From assembly GCA_036172245.1 (NCBI GenBank), contig JAYWIR010000024.1, positions 372,001 through 436,000 of the forward strand: a stretch of DNA of 64,000 bases, given 5' to 3'. Shown piece after piece: positions 10,609 through 24,939 of this stretch. The translations under genes were made by a program, and so were the position numbers. This DNA comes from Raillietiella orientalis (taxonomy: Eukaryota). A model generated the notes under the pieces. The model saw only the letters and a program-made list of their open reading frames with translations. It was not told where the DNA came from and did no database searches. Numbering within the stretch: position 1 is the stretch's first letter; the number at the start of each line of letters is the position of its first letter.

Positions 10609-13600
10609 AAAGGTCCGCTGACCCTGTCATAAAGCAATCTCCGCCGGATCCTCAAAGCCACGAGTTGCCGCAGCAACGTTCCCCCGCTTGTCACCGTGAG
10701 TGCGCTTTATGCGCGCGCGCGTACTGACCTCTTCTCCTCGGGAGACCGGAGGAAGGAGGGGATGCTTTGGAAAGACCGACCCTCCCATGTGGAGCCCTTT
10801 TCACCCGAGAAGGGAATGATGAGGCGCGGTGTCTCCGCCGGCGGAAGGAAGCGATCCATCCAGTAACGGTCCAACTCAGCCGCTGCCATCCTACAGAGCG
10901 ACGTCGTCTCCCATCTTCTTCCCAAGTTCCGAGAAAATGGGGAGGGCCACGGGAGAAAAGAAAAAAGTCTGCTTCCTCGCCTTCCCGGAAGATGCCGGAA
11001 TTCCCTCTATCCTCGGGAACAGTTCCCGTTCCGCGTCCCCGAGACGAGGTGCATCCTTCCACCGTCCCTCCTCCCGCATGTGCGGGTCTGCACGGGATCC
11101 GCGGGACGGAGAGAACCTCATCGAACTTACGATCTGTCCCTTTTCCTCCTGCCTCCCCTCGCTCCCCTACTCCTACTCCTTTCACTCTTGCCCGTCGTCC
11201 AGCACTGAGCAGTGGGGGACAAGCGGCCCTACCGAGCGTGGATTCCACAGCTCTTGACTTTCCCCTCTCCCTTGAACCACCCTCCCAAGGGACAAAGGTC
11301 CCTAGGGAGAGAGGAGTTGCGAGTCCCCCCTTCTGCCAGCTGGACCACGATTTAGGCTTTCCCCCTTCTTCCGTTTGTGCTACACCTCTAGAAAGACAGC
11401 GCGAAGGGATGAAGCACCGGCACCCGTGGCCGTAGGAAGTGCACGCGCTCTGCTGGTCATCCTTCCGCGCTCAGCTACGAAGAAAATCTGCGTGCGGCAA
11501 GAGGACTCCGGGAAGAGAACGAAATGGCCCTGGAAAAGGAGAGGAGGAACGTAGGGATGGTAGGCGCGTGTGCGATGCGGAGGAAGATGACCTAACCGAA
11601 TCAGTCTTCTTTGACCTGCAAGGGTGAGGACAGCGAAGTCTAGACAGAATTCCAGGGGTGCATTAAGGAGCAAATAGGGCCTTTCATCAAGAGACGGCCA
11701 CCCACCCCACCTTTGAAAGAAGGGCAGCGCAAGTCAGGCCAGTCTTTTCGGATTAGGAGGGCCTGAGGCCAAGGGCTGTTCCCTGGGACGATCGGCAGAG
11801 CACAATCGCGATGCCGCCATTACGCTCTCATGAGAAACGACCTTTGCAGTCCTCCGACTTCACCCACAGCCTTGCGACTCTCGCCCTCTCTTTCTCGCGG
11901 CGTCGCAGCCTCCAAGGACGATGGAGCGCGCGTCTTCCGTGGGCATGAGGGAGCGGCCACCTCATTAACAGTCGATCCCAGATACCGTCATCCTCCTGAG
12001 CTCTCCCATCTCCCATACGGGTGAGTTTGGAGAACACAGGAAGCGCCGTGAGAAGAAAGAGGGAGACGCTGCGCTTGCCGCGTGCCAGAGGGAAGTCGTT
12101 AGAGGAAGCGAAAGGAAGAGAGTCGAGCCCAGGATGTGTCGCCCCAGGAGCGGCAGAGTTCCTCCTAGACAACCGCACCTAGGAACCAGGGTTACGAGGA
12201 GGCACGCGCGGGAAAGGGTTCCTCGGTGGCACGGTGGAGGAGAGGGAGAGTCTTACTGGCGGACTGGAGGAGAAGACGAGTCGATCAATCTAGTTACAGA
12301 GGCAGGCCCTCGGCAACTCGAGAGAAGCACCTGATCAGCTGGCCCTCTCCTCTTCTCCAGCGACTACACGATCACATGTTGAAGGTCTTGGGAAGATGGC
12401 AATAAGCACCGTCTGAGAGGTGGCTTTCGGGCGTCATGATGGGTCCGGAAGAAAAAAAGCAGTCGGAGGATTGGAAGCTGCTAGCGCCTCCATGACTGGC
12501 CACTCACTGGGGATGCAGAACTTCTAGAAAACCCCTCGGGCAGCTCGGCGTCCGAAACCCGGGCTGCCATTCGGTGGCGACCTCATCCGACGAAGAAGCG
12601 AAGCGGACTCTGAATCACGAGAAAATCCAGACTCCCAAAAGGGAGATGAGGATGTGGAAGTCATCCCGGCGAGTCACCCGTTTACTATCTACCCCGGAAA
12701 CGCGCGTCTGGAAATCACTGGATAACCCATGGGAGGCATCCCATGGGCGTGGAATTCTTCGCCGGCATCCCGCCTGTTCGCCTTCCTGGAGAAGAAATCA
12801 TGAAGAACCTCGAGGAAGTGGGAGTTCGGCGGAAAGGACATTCTTTGAATCCGTCTCGCGCCCCCAAAGCGAGAAGCAGTTGTCCAAACAAGGGGGAGTC
12901 CTCTGATGGGAAAAGCGGTCAATAATTCCGCCTGGATCCCTGATAGCAGACAGCAGTCTCTGGAGGAATCACTCACCGATGGTCAGGTGAAGCGCCAAGG
13001 CGGGAATGGTATGAAGCTCTCAAGGGCTTCGTGTCCCGCACCAATAAAATGCCTCGGACAGCTTGGGCGCAGCCCGCACAGTGGGAAAGGACGCGGGTCA
13101 CAGCAAGATGGCCAGGCAGCGAGTGAGGCGGTCTCTTTCCCTCAGCCCTGGGAAGGCCGAAGTATCCCCTCCCCCCTAACCTCCATATTTCTCCCTCCTC
13201 GCAGTCGGCCTGAGCCGTGAATGCTTCTTCGAAGGGAGAGGCATGCACTTGAAGTGCGCATCCCCACCTTCCGATGGGGGTCACACGGAACCCCTTTTGC
13301 TTTCTGTGCTTAGATTTCTTCAGGGGGAGGAGATTAGAGCCGGGCTCCTCCATCCTGCCACGCCTCGGATCACGTGAGAGGAAAAGGGACGAGGTCTCCA
13401 CCTGTGAAGGGAAGAGACGTGTCCGCGGAGAGCAGTCCACCAAGACGGGAACACAAGCCCCCCAGTGCGGAAAAGAAAGAACGAAATAAAAGATGACCCG
13501 ATGGCCAGCGGTTGAACACGTGTCTGCTCGCGCGCAGCCGGGACGCCGCCGACCACTCCCCTTGACGCGTTCCACCCCCTTTGGCAATATCAATAAACAG

Positions 13601-15149
13601 TGGAAGCCGTCTGAAAAGGGTAACTGGCGGAAGCTCGGTTTTTTCCCTGCAATTTCTTGCCTCGAGAACAGATTCCCTTTCTTGCCTCCTTTGCTTTTAT
13701 TACCGTCTTCTCATTTCCATGTGAGGCGGCGAAGTCTCCCGGTGGTCAGCTAAGATGTTGCCCACAGCTTTTCCGTTTTCCCCGCAGGAGTGAGCCACTG
13801 ATGCGACTTTAAGAATCTGTTTGCTTGCGCGGGGCCGCCGCCATTACCCCCTTCGGCGTCGAGTTCGACGGGACGAGATGCCAACAGTGGATTTGTGGTC
13901 CTTCAGCATCGTCTGGTTGTGCAAGTTGGACCAGCATCTTCCCTCGCGTGCCGAGTTCGTGACTTCTCCTCAGTTGGTGGGACATTAACCTGGCACGCCA
14001 ACCCGGATATCTTACAAACAGCAGAGCGCAGACCTGCAAGGCCAGTCGCCGGAAGACCAGGAGCCACCTTTGAGACCACGCAACCGCAAAACTCTAGCAG
14101 CCAGGCTTGTTCCCATAGCGACGGAGCTACGGTGCCCAAAGAAAGGTTTCAGGTTCGAACTCACGAAGGTGAACCTGCCAGACGAAACCCCCTCCCTCCA
14201 AGGAGGAAGGGATTTCACTCTTCCTTGAATGGCCTCGTCTCAGACCAATCCTTCGGTAGCAGCGACGAAGCTTGACAGGTCAAGGAACAAGCAGACGTCC
14301 ATCCCTGAGTCCAGAATTGATTTTTTCTGGAAAAAAAAAATCTTGTAGGGACCGAAGAGCACCTCGGGATGCCTCTAGAGCTCCGGCACTCTCTCGTCTA
14401 GCTCTTTCCCTCTCCCCGCTCCCCTCCCGTTTATGGCCGAGGTACCAGCAAATCCAGTTCTGCCCGTTTTTACGTGAACCAAATCCGGATGAGCTCCCGT
14501 GCCCGCTTCGAGTGACCCACTGAGACACGGATCCCTCCAAGAAGCCAATGTGCGAGCAGCAAGTGAGCTCGGCGGGAGGCAGGACCCTGGAGCACTTTTC
14601 CAGACGAGATTGCGACCACGTATGCATCTGATGTGTCACTGGTGACCCCAAGGTTTTCATGAGACAGCCTCAGGTATGTACGTACAATAGAGAAATGATA
14701 CTCATGAAGTAGGGGAGGGATCGAGGAGGAGAGTCTGCCGGAGATGCCCACTCTGGAGAGTGGTTGAGACATGAGATCAAAGACAAGACGTGACGATGTA
14801 GGGGGCGAAAAAGCTCGTGTCCAGAGTGACAGGGGATGTAGGTTGACTCATCCTGCAGGCGGAGGCTTGTCCTCAAGAGATTAGTTTAATGGGTTTGATG
14901 CTGTTCCAATGTTGTTTTTGGAACGAGCATCCGGCATGCAGGATGTTAGGCAGAGCGCCGTGGGGCAGAGGATAGGAAGGTGCGGGGCGTTCTGTGGCCT
15001 CTCATGAAGTATGTGTGACTCATCGTTACAAGCCAACGTTGCTCCCAGATTCCACCGTTTCCTGGACCTATTCATCTTCATCGTTGCTACCGAAGGGTTG
15101 GTGCGAGACAGGGTCGCTCAAGAGAGGAGTGTGGTTCCTGGTATCTTTC

Positions 15150-15660
15150 CTGTGGGAACGAAGGGTTTTCTTCGCACAGGTTCACCTTTGTGGTTCGAAC
15201 CTAACTCCTTTCCTTCCGCGTCGGAGAGCCGTCTCCATGGAGATGTTTAGTAAATTCCTTGCTTGAATCTCACCACCACACCTTCCGGTGACTCGGTCAC
15301 GATAGGTTCAGGGCGTCTCCCATCCGCTGCGCTCCGTAGATGTCCCACCGGCGCTGGAAGGTGTTCGACAGCGTCGGCTTACTGCGCCATCGGCTCGCGT
15401 ACTTTCTCGAACTCGATGTCGCTTGCGAAGCGCCGTCGTTTCGGCGATCCCAGGGTCCCGATGAGCCGATGATGGCCGCACGAAGTGATGCTCCGAGGGC
15501 ATGGGGCAAGCGCGTGCTGCTGCCACACCTCTCTCGTCTCCGTCCTTAGGTCTTCTTCAACGCTACTGCTGTGCCTTTTCTGAGCATAGGGCATCGAGTA
15601 CAATGGCGCAGTTCCCTCTTTCCGTGAGGAGGCGATCGCGTGGCGACGACTCAACTCCGA
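15150..15660 (+). mobile_element. Highly decayed non-LTR reverse transcriptase relic
   Basis: RT-like motifs occur in the correct order across frameshifts: MFSKFLA (15243), KVFDSV (15358), GQ...PLS (~15505), FFN (~15553), GDD (15642). Confidence 0.45.
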
Positions 15661-18600
15661 AGTCCATTGGTTACCGGCCAGGATGTTACACAGAGTCCAC
15701 GAGCCACCTTTTTAACGCATGCGATCAAGACGTCATGTTTCCAGGATGGGGACCATGAACTGGGACAGAAAGCGCATTCAAGGTAGCCTTGATGATTGCA
15801 GCACCTCCAGCATATACAGCGAGTTTTTGCGTGTCGGTTCGGAATGGTTGCCTTGGAGCCCATCCGCGAAATTCATGTGACTTTAGCATGAGTGAAGTCT
15901 ATAGAAAACTCCCGGCTCCAGATGTTTGACTGAAATTTTTCAGCTGATCAAGAGTATCTAGTGACGTTGATTACTGATCCTCCTTGTTTAAAGAGAGGAA
16001 ACTCTTTAAACATTAATTTAAACACACTTTAAATAGTTTTTTCTCTTTAAACCGGCATCTTCAGATCGTTGGATTTGTCTTTTGCCTGATTCTGACGGTG
16101 GTCAGTGGATAGTGAACCAAGGCAACGAAGGAAGGTTTCACAGAGGCTTTCCCTGTTGTCACCTGAACTCTTCGCCTTAGACAAAATTTTTGACTCCTTC
16201 CAGGTTCTTGAGGTTTCAAAGATGAAATGCAGCTCGTAAACGTGCCGAGACTCAAAATGCCTCTGTTCCTTTAAAAAGAGATCACCTATTCGTTTCAAGA
16301 AGGAATCTATTCATTGTTCCTTTGCTTGCCTTTTCCCCTCAGGGGACTTGCAATAACTACCTTCAGACTGGATTCATTTCATCTCTCCCCCTGCATGTCC
16401 ACTCCGACACCGCAGCTCTTGGATGCCTCTTTGATTGCTCCATGAGATAGGAGGAAGTCCACTCGCAAACGAAAGCCATGCATCTCTTTGGGGGACCTTG
16501 ACAACTCCATTCGAAGAAGCAGTCTTGACCGTGAAGATTCTCATCAGAAGAAATGGATATCCATGTCCTCTTGAACGATGGTCTTTCGGTCTTCTCCAGT
16601 GAATGGTTAGTCCTGAGTTGATCTTCCCTCTTTCTGAAGATCTCCCTCCAGGTTGGTTTGAGACTCTTAGGTCTAACCAGGTGTCTCTGGGGTAGTCTTC
16701 AGGCACAAGAGTTCACACTGGAAGGTCCCTCCCTGCCACGTCGGGTCCTATTCAAGCATTCGCAATCTCATCTCATCATCTCCCAACCAGATGGCACGGA
16801 GAGAGAAACTCGAGAGGAATGGAATACGAGCGGTAGTCATCCCTTGGCACGTCGCACGAAGGCTCGAATGGGAAGTTCGGGACGCATCTGGACTGCTAAG
16901 GGATCTTCGTTATCATTCGTCCTTTTTCGCAAGCTCAATCCAGGACGGACAAGGATGCAATCATGCTCTCACGGACGCGAGCGTGCTCTCCTCTGCACAT
17001 GAGGAAGGGAAGACATCGCTGCCCAAGGTGTAAGAGAATGAGCACAGACTCCGACCTCTTCTTCGTCCAGATGGGCCTCCCTCTGCTTGTGCGACCAGCG
17101 GAACACCAGGCTCTTCGTTAGAAAGGCAATGCTCCAACAGAGCTTGGACGGTGGAGGGAATCGAGCTCCGGGTAGGACTGAGGATTCTATGGCGGCAGGA
17201 AAAGTCCTTGAGAGTCCTTAAGGGAAGGTGGGCCAGTGGGAAGCACGGCCTGTGCCCTCCGGGGACATCAATCCCGATTCCCAAAAGCAGCTGCACGACC
17301 TCTCTTTTGAGTCACTCCTTTCTTCCCAAAGCGATATCCATCGTTACGCTGCAGCAGCAGAAGGGTAAGAGAACCAAGGATCCTCCAGAGGAAGGAAAAA
17401 TGTGAAGCTCTCGAGAAGCAACCTGGAACGAAGAACTCGTCCTCGAGAGGTGGCCTGTTGACTTCATATGAGGGAAACGATCTGTGCTTCAGGAGAGTTC
17501 TGCATTCAAGAAGACCGTGAGCTTGAAAAGGCAACTGGTAGCCATGGAAGGCTCGGAAGTGTCTCCAGACCGGTGCCCCAGGACAGGGCAGAAGGCTTGC
17601 AAGGAACGGCGGCTTTCACGGTCATCACAGAGAAAGAGAAGGAGAGTGGCCTCTGGTGCCTTCGTTTTCTTCAGACTCCGCTGGAGAACCATCCTCGGGA
17701 TGAGTTCAGATGGCGGGAAAGCCGAGCCATGCCCCGAGTCGAGCCTGCTCTGCCAGCAGGTCAGTCTCTGGAGTGAAGGTGAAGCAAGGAGGCCCTTTTT
17801 GCCCTCTCATCAGAAGACTCTGCTCCCAGAGCGTGCCTTGAACGCGCACCAAGTGCGTGCGGCGAGGCAGAGGCAGAAGCAAGAAAAGCGGAAAGGCTTC
17901 ATCGGCAGACATGCCCCAGGTTACTTCCTGGTTCTCAGTGCATCACCGATCGGGAAGTAGGAACATAGCAAGAGTTCACCTCAAGAATTTCCGAAAAGGG
18001 GAAGGGTGCAGCATCAGACTCCTGAACGAAAGTCTGAAGTGGAGGGTGTCCTTTTCCCTCCTCTCCCTCATTTCCAATCTCGTCATTAGCAGGATCAGCA
18101 GCAGCGTTCTCATCCTCCCGCTCGTCCTCCTTCTTCTCTACCTCCTCATTCACATCCGAAGCCCTAATCCTCTCGCTGTCTTTGTCGAAAGAGGAAGAGG
18201 AAGGAAGGACTGCGCTTCCTCCTGTCTGACCCACTCTTGCGGAAGATTGCTGGTGCCTCCCCTGCCATTCCTGGGTCACCGCCCTCGACTGCCGCCCTTC
18301 CGTTCCTCTGCGCTTCGGAGGAGGAGTGCAGGAACACCCCGTCACAGCCGCGACGGAAAGCGGTAGGCAGAGCGCGCGGGCGTCGTCGGGAAGGGGGAAC
18401 GCGAGCATCCCCCCACACCGCCTCCAGCGGCAGTCTCGGCCAGATCGAGGTTCCATTAATCTTTCGCCACCCTTCCTCTTCCTCTCACTCCCTCCCTCCT
18501 CCGCGTCCGGGACCTCAGTGGAAAAATCCGCGATCATAGGGAATAATTGATGAGGTCCTGATGAGGCTCCTCTCGCCTGGCGCCCCGCGTGCGTGCGCGC

Positions 18601-21600
18601 CGGATTAGAGGCTTGATGAATCCCGGCAAGACGAATTTCGCTCGCCCAATCCTCCCCCTCTGAGGAGGAGGAAGAGAGGGAGGGCTGGAAAAGAACGAAT
18701 CCAAGGGATAGGCACCCACCCGCCTTCACTTGTGGCTCGCCGGCCCCTCTCCCGCTCTTCCTCCCCCTCCCGAAAGAGAGCTGTCAGGAAACGGAAGCGC
18801 CAGGGGCTGCTACCGTGGGTACCCCCGTGCGCTCTCCGTGCAGGAGCAGGCGGTTCGGGATCCTCTTCTGCTCCATTTTCTTCGCTCCCTGGCCCGTCCC
18901 GTTGCTGGTTTCTTCCCATTCTCTGTCCCGAAGGCGTCCTGGAAGAGGCGGCACGCATCTTTGATGTAGAGATTCCTCCGGTCCTGTCGCTCCACTGCCT
19001 GCTTTCCCGAAGAGACAGAGTCCCGGATGCGCACGAAGACCCCGCTCTCTTTTCAGAGTACCGGGAAGGCGGGATCGGAGTCAGGGCAGCTTGGAAATTT
19101 TTTTTTTTTCTTTCAAGTTCAAAAAAGCCTTAGGCATCATGAGATGGACACTTCGGGGTCTGGGTCACGAGTTCCATTCACCGTGGATGGCGCCCTCTCT
19201 ACAATAGGATCTGCTGAAGAGAGTCCCACCGTAGGGCCAGAACCGGCCAAGATGAGCAGGAAAAGCAATGAAAAAATTGGAGAGATTCCCGTCGCTTTCC
19301 CCAGACTACCGTCAAATGTGAGCAGCAACTACCACGTGTAGCCCCTCTCTCTTGTGCACCAGCATCGCACAAGAGAGAAGTGCGAATGCAAGAAAGGTGG
19401 TGATGTTGATGACAATGGGGACCAAGGGAACCCATGCGGGGGAACCCATTGGCGTCTTGCATGCAGCGCCCCCCAAAGAAAAGCGATGCCTCTTTGCAAG
19501 AGGAAGGGGAAGATGGGTACACCCTCCGTCGATGGCGCAACTCTTTCTGTCTCTGATAAGCAGCATCTCGAGAATTCCGGTCGAAATGACATTTCCTGGT
19601 CGCTCTCCGGTTGTGGGATACGCCGCCTCCTGAAGAGAGCGACGGGAGAACTCGGGGTAACGCACGCTAGGAAATCTCGACGCGGCCAGGGTCCATTTGG
19701 TCTACTCCCATCCTCCTGCAGCTCCGATCCGAATCTGGAAGGATCTTCCTCATCTTGAAGATCTCGCAGAGGGATTCGCTCCTTTCTTTCTGGGAACCTC
19801 GAGACTTGGATCCTAACCACGGGGTCATCACCCACCCCTTCGGTCCGGAGCATCGCCTCCCTCCCTAGGTCTTCCTCCCAGACTTCAGCTACTCCAAGAC
19901 AATGGACCGTATGAGCTCCCAAGGAACCAGAGATGCAGAGTAGGAGTTAAACTCGGATAAATTCTTGCAGGCACGAAAGCAGGAGGAACTCTTGAGTGGG
20001 AAGTGAGAAAGAGCACACACACGTGTACGCGAGGGCACACATGCACACCTACATGCGCGTGAGGACACGAACGCCCACATGCATGTGCACAGCGCACACT
20101 GCTCGTTCCGCGACCCTCTTTGATCCCGGGCATCTCTTGCTAGGCGGCGCTGTTCGAGCGCGAACGACAGCGCCTGGGAGGTTTTCATCCCTGATTGACT
20201 TTCGGATTAGCGTCATCGGCGCCGTTTGCATCATGTTTTCCCCTCTTTTTAAAGCCGAATCCCCTGCGAAAAGAACTAATGAAGATGTTTTGTTCCGAGG
20301 AGGCATCCGAGCCTCCCATCTCCGCGACGCGGACCCGCAAAACCCCTTTAATGAAAGAGCGGAGACGCGGAACTCTCGCGACGGAGGTGCGAATTCAATT
20401 TGAAGCGCGGACGGGAGCTCAGAAAGTACATCCGGTTGACACCTTCCCATTAATGAAAAACCCGCTTGCCCTTCGGGGGAGGAGGAGGAGGAGGTGAAGC
20501 AGACGCGAGATAAAGTATCTTTTAAAAATCCAGCTGCAAATTTCATTTTGATCTGCTCCCATCCGTAAAGGAAGACCGTAAATCTTGCTGCTCCGAAGCG
20601 CTCGGCTGCGGCCTCAAAGAGAGGGAGAGCAGAAGGCGGCGGGCGAGCTCTAATTGGAGTCCAGGAGCAGACGGGTTTGAAATTCGGCCCCGAAGATGAG
20701 GCCCGGTCGGTTCGTGCGTTAGGGCAACCTGATGCTGCGTATGGAGGACCAGATCCTACGAAAGGCCGCTCCCACAAGAAGCGATGACTAAGTTCGTCAG
20801 CGAAAGTCCTGGACACCTCCAGAGCTCCGGGAAAGGTCGCCTACGAGAGAGCATCGGGGTTGAACGTTTCTTTTCTCTGAGGAACGAACCGAACCCGGGA
20901 AGGAAAGGAAAGGCAGGAAGGGAGTGAAGGGGATGATGCGAGGTTCCTTTCGGTGTGTCCGCGGATGCGTCCCCAGTTTTCGAGTGGCCCGCATCCGATA
21001 AGGGAGATCCACTCGTCTGACTGACCGGTCGCATCCCTTTCCTCCCCTTCCCCTGGTTCTCAAGCCCCTGCGAACCGAGGGCCAAGACCCCAGAACCGTC
21101 GCAACAGCCTCTCGTTCCTAGCCGCGAAAGACTAAGCGCAGCTTCACGGGGGATGTGCAAGGCTGCCCCTCGCTCGAACCCCCGACACCACGGAGGTGCT
21201 TAGGTGGCAGGAGCCGCGGGAGACGGGGAGGATCATGCTCCGCTGGGGTGCTTCCCCCTCCTGAGGGGCAATCCATCAGCACGACACTTACGGATCCATC
21301 GAGATGGATCGGAAGAGCCCAGTCGTTACCCTCGACCCCAGAAGACCATCCACTGGCATCCACCATTCTTGCCGGCCGCCACTGGGTCCTGTGTCTTCAG
21401 CCAATTCCGAATTTCAGCCAAGGAGCTGCTCCTCTCCTGCCTACCTCCCGCTCTTGACCAGTGAGCTGACTTCTCTCCCGGGGTTGCTCAGGGATCCGCG
21501 GCGGTGCCGCGTCTTTCGCTCATTCTCCCCGGACTCACCCTCCCACCCATGCGGTCAGCGTCATGGACCGATTCGTTCGCCGTTCTTTCCCCCGCAGACT

Positions 21601-22399
21601 CGAGGGGGAGAAGATGGGACGAGGTGCCCCCACCTCTGCCTCACCGTACGTGCCGAGGATAGGGGATCTTCCCATCTCGCTGATGGCGCTGCCCGGAACT
21701 TGAAAGAATTCTTAGCGCATCCGGGATATGAGATCGGGCGCGCAGGGGTGCCACGACTTCATTAATGGAGCCGCAGCGCCTTCGGCTCCCGGATCCATGA
21801 ATAATCCATCTGGTGACGGTTGGCTAGCGAGAGGCATCCGGAGCGATCCCTCGGCCAGGGCAGTCAGAAAAATCCCCCTGAATAAGAGATGAGGAAGTAT
21901 AGAAGAGTCGTGTCGTCCGAAAAGTCGTAGCTTTTCATTAAAAGTTCCAGCTTCGGAGCTTCCTTCGTCGATTGCCTGGCATTTCCATCCGCTGATCACG
22001 TGGAGTGCTCCTGAAGTCAAAGAGCAGCGCTGCTTTAGAAATGTCCACGGTTCTCTCCTTCGCTCCCTGCGGTCCCTTCCTTTGAGACCACCGTAATCTG
22101 TTCCCGGGAGATCTCAGAACAACATCGGCGCCATACAGAGGTCAACGGGAGCCGCAACCCGAGAATGGGAAGCGACGGTGCTTCCTGGCACGGAGAGGAC
22201 GTCCTGCAAGAATCCTGAGAAGCCGGTCTCTGACTCTCCCTCTGGATGCTTAGAGAGAACATCTGGAAGATGCTGGTGCGGGGGAACTCGTGGAGGGACC
22301 ACCGGAACCCGGTAACGAAGACCGAAGGTTGTTGGACTGGTGATAGCTCCGGGCATCCGAAGACCAAGTGGAGTTGTTGGCGGACGGCTCCAGGGCTCA

Positions 22400-23130
22400 A
22401 AGCAGAAGGATGGCTCGGAGTTCTATGCTGGGATAGACCACGTTTCTCGACGGTTCCGAGAGGCGACAGAAAAAAGCGAAGGATAGCCCGTAGGCAGAAC
22501 CTAAAGATCCTGAAGAAGTTGATGTTGCTAATGCTCATGTACGTCGTCTTGAAGAAGCAGCGTAAGGTGGAACGTTAACGAATCTCATCTAGAGTCAGCA
22601 AGCAGCACTCATGTGAGGAAGAAAATGACCTCCGATCTACGCACAATTCATGGTCATTCCATTTCACAAAACACCTGGATCGAGGGTGGAAATACAGTGT
22701 CCTGCTCTGGACTGCATTGCACCTCAGGACCTCCTCCGGATATTTTCTATCAACAGCGAACACCTTCGGTCCGCTGATCATGGATGTGTCCACGCAGAGC
22801 AACTCGACCTTCCGCCTGTGCGAGTACCGCCTACCAGGGACCGATCGCCTGTGCAGAAGGGGCGGAAGATGGGAGGAGTTGCCAGCCCACATCCTCAATA
22901 CATGCGTGAACAGCCAGACGATGATTGCGGAGAGGAATGAGAAGCTGGTCTCCCAAATCAAGGAGCACTGGAAGTTCATAGCCCAGATTATTAGGAGAGC
23001 AGACTTGAATTTGCAACCAGATCCCGTGCCTCAGGGGGGAAGGGGGATGGTCATGTGGGATGTCTCTCTCCCTTACGAGTTTGCATAGCAGCGATGGAGA
23101 AGGCAAAGCAGAAGAAGCATCGAAGACCGC
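22400..23130 (+). mobile_element. 3' part of a decayed RLE-type (R2/NeSL group) non-LTR retrotransposon
   Basis: EGWLGV (GGLG-like), then DRLCRRGGRWEELPAHILNTC (CCHC knuckle), AERNEKLV (RH-like) and LQPD...WDVSLPYE (PD..D restriction-like endonuclease). Confidence 0.7.
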
Positions 23131-24939
23131 TGCTCCACTTCTACTCCAAAGAAGTGCCAGCTACAGTCAAGGTAGTACTTGTGGAATCCCCGGGATCTTG
23201 AGATGGCGTCTTGAGAGAGTTAGAAATCTCAAAAAAAACAGACTTTGTACAATAGAAAAGGGATGTCGTGCTGGCATATACAGCGTTTTCAGGATGTGTT
23301 CTGGAAATGGGTCAGCATGCGTAGAGGAAGAAGCTAGAAAAAATTTCACGAGAAGTTGAAGAGAAGAGAGGGAGAAAAAAGGATATCGGGAATTATCCCT
23401 CTTTTCATCTGCTTATGCCTTCCTTCTAATATTCTAATATTGATGTAATCAACAGATTTTGAATGAAACCATCTTTTCTGGTGCAAGGTTCCTAGACCCG
23501 GAGATCTTTAGGAGCAAAACAGATTGGGAACGGAAGGACTCGGGAAACATCGCAGTGCTCGGCCAATATTTCAGGAAGCGGAGCCTCTGTTGTCGAGATG
23601 CTCGAGAAAACCTATCTGGGAGAAACTCAGACTCCCAGGATCTCCATGGACCAGAAAACAGTCTTATGGAGACATCCCGGGATTTCTCGGAGAAGTCTGC
23701 AGGGAAAGAGGGGAAAAACTCTTATGAGAGCTCAGTGGTCGCTAGAAATGAAGAGCAATTCCATCGTTTTTCCTTCTCCTAATGTCAGCACGAACAGTGT
23801 ATTTCCAGAAAAGGAGGCTGGATGGTCCTGCTCATCTTCTTCTACTCACTTGAACCATCGCATTGAGGCGATTTTATCTCTGCGAGGTCGAAATCCACTT
23901 CCGGGAGAGCCAGCGCCTCTGCAAACTCCAAGAGATCTATGAAATCTCGAGCTTGACACTACCAAGGAGGGTCTTGGAATCTTTCCACAGAGACGAACTC
24001 TCTTCGGAGGAAAGCGAGTTGCTCAGCGACAGTCTCCTCATTAACTTGGGCAAAGCATCGCTCTTTCCGGTCAACTTCCTCTGCGTGTGGTTTCAAAAAC
24101 CCTTGCGCATCTTGTCAAGTTCCCTCTGGTGCCCAAAAGAACTCGGCGAATTTGTTCTAAGGAGGGAACCACCTCGTCAGTCAAGATGGTCTCTCTTAGG
24201 TCCAATCAATCTCTGTAAATAGAGAGTTTGGACGCATTCTCCTCTTCGTGGAGCATCGTAGCGAGCTCTAGAGAGAACAGGAGCAACGAATAAGGTCGAG
24301 GAGCGAGGAAGGATATCGAGCAGGTGGTTTCCTTTGGTGAAGCAGCCTGGGGGGTAGCGCCATCCAGGATGCAACTCGCTGACCGTCCTCGGAAAGAGCT
24401 ATCCGCGCTCCTCAGAGAGCGGGATCCTCAATACGATTGTTCTTGCAGAATGAGAGCGTGTTAGTAGACGTGATGGAGTCTTGCACTCCAGTCTGGAGTG
24501 ATCCTTCGGCAACACTCGACTTTATTTATCGCCTCTTCCTGCCGTAAACCACGCTGTTCATCCACGACGCAAACGCGGACGAGATAAACTGGATTATAAG
24601 CCGGGAGCGGAGGTTGCACTCGGAAGAGGATTTATGGGACCTCCGAGATTTCTCAGCAATTCAGGACGGCGGAAGAGACCTCAAGACGCGGCTGCTTTTG
24701 CTTGGGAGAATCGCAGGTTCCCGAAATCTTCAGAAGGCGGTCTAATGCGGGAAAGCGGAGGCATCTTGGAAAAAGACGAGCTGCTATGCGCATTCAAAGG
24801 TTGCCCAGACCTCTCGCCAATCACCCCTCCTCACCCACCCATCCACTTTCAATTGCGGTTCCTCATCGACCTTCCTTATCAAAAAGGCTTGGCGCACTCC
24901 TTCCGTTCCCAAACGAGTGGCGAGAAGAAAGGAAAGCTC

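Noticed and set aside
1135..11435. Numerous long ORFs in the supplied track (e.g. 1908-2798, 3980-4789, 9954-10727)
   Set aside because: Low-complexity R/P/S/G-rich translations overlapping on both strands, typical of GC-rich non-coding DNA; no domain motifs
18548..18640. CTGATGAG hammerhead-like core
   Set aside because: No stem II followed by GAAA, and no closing helices
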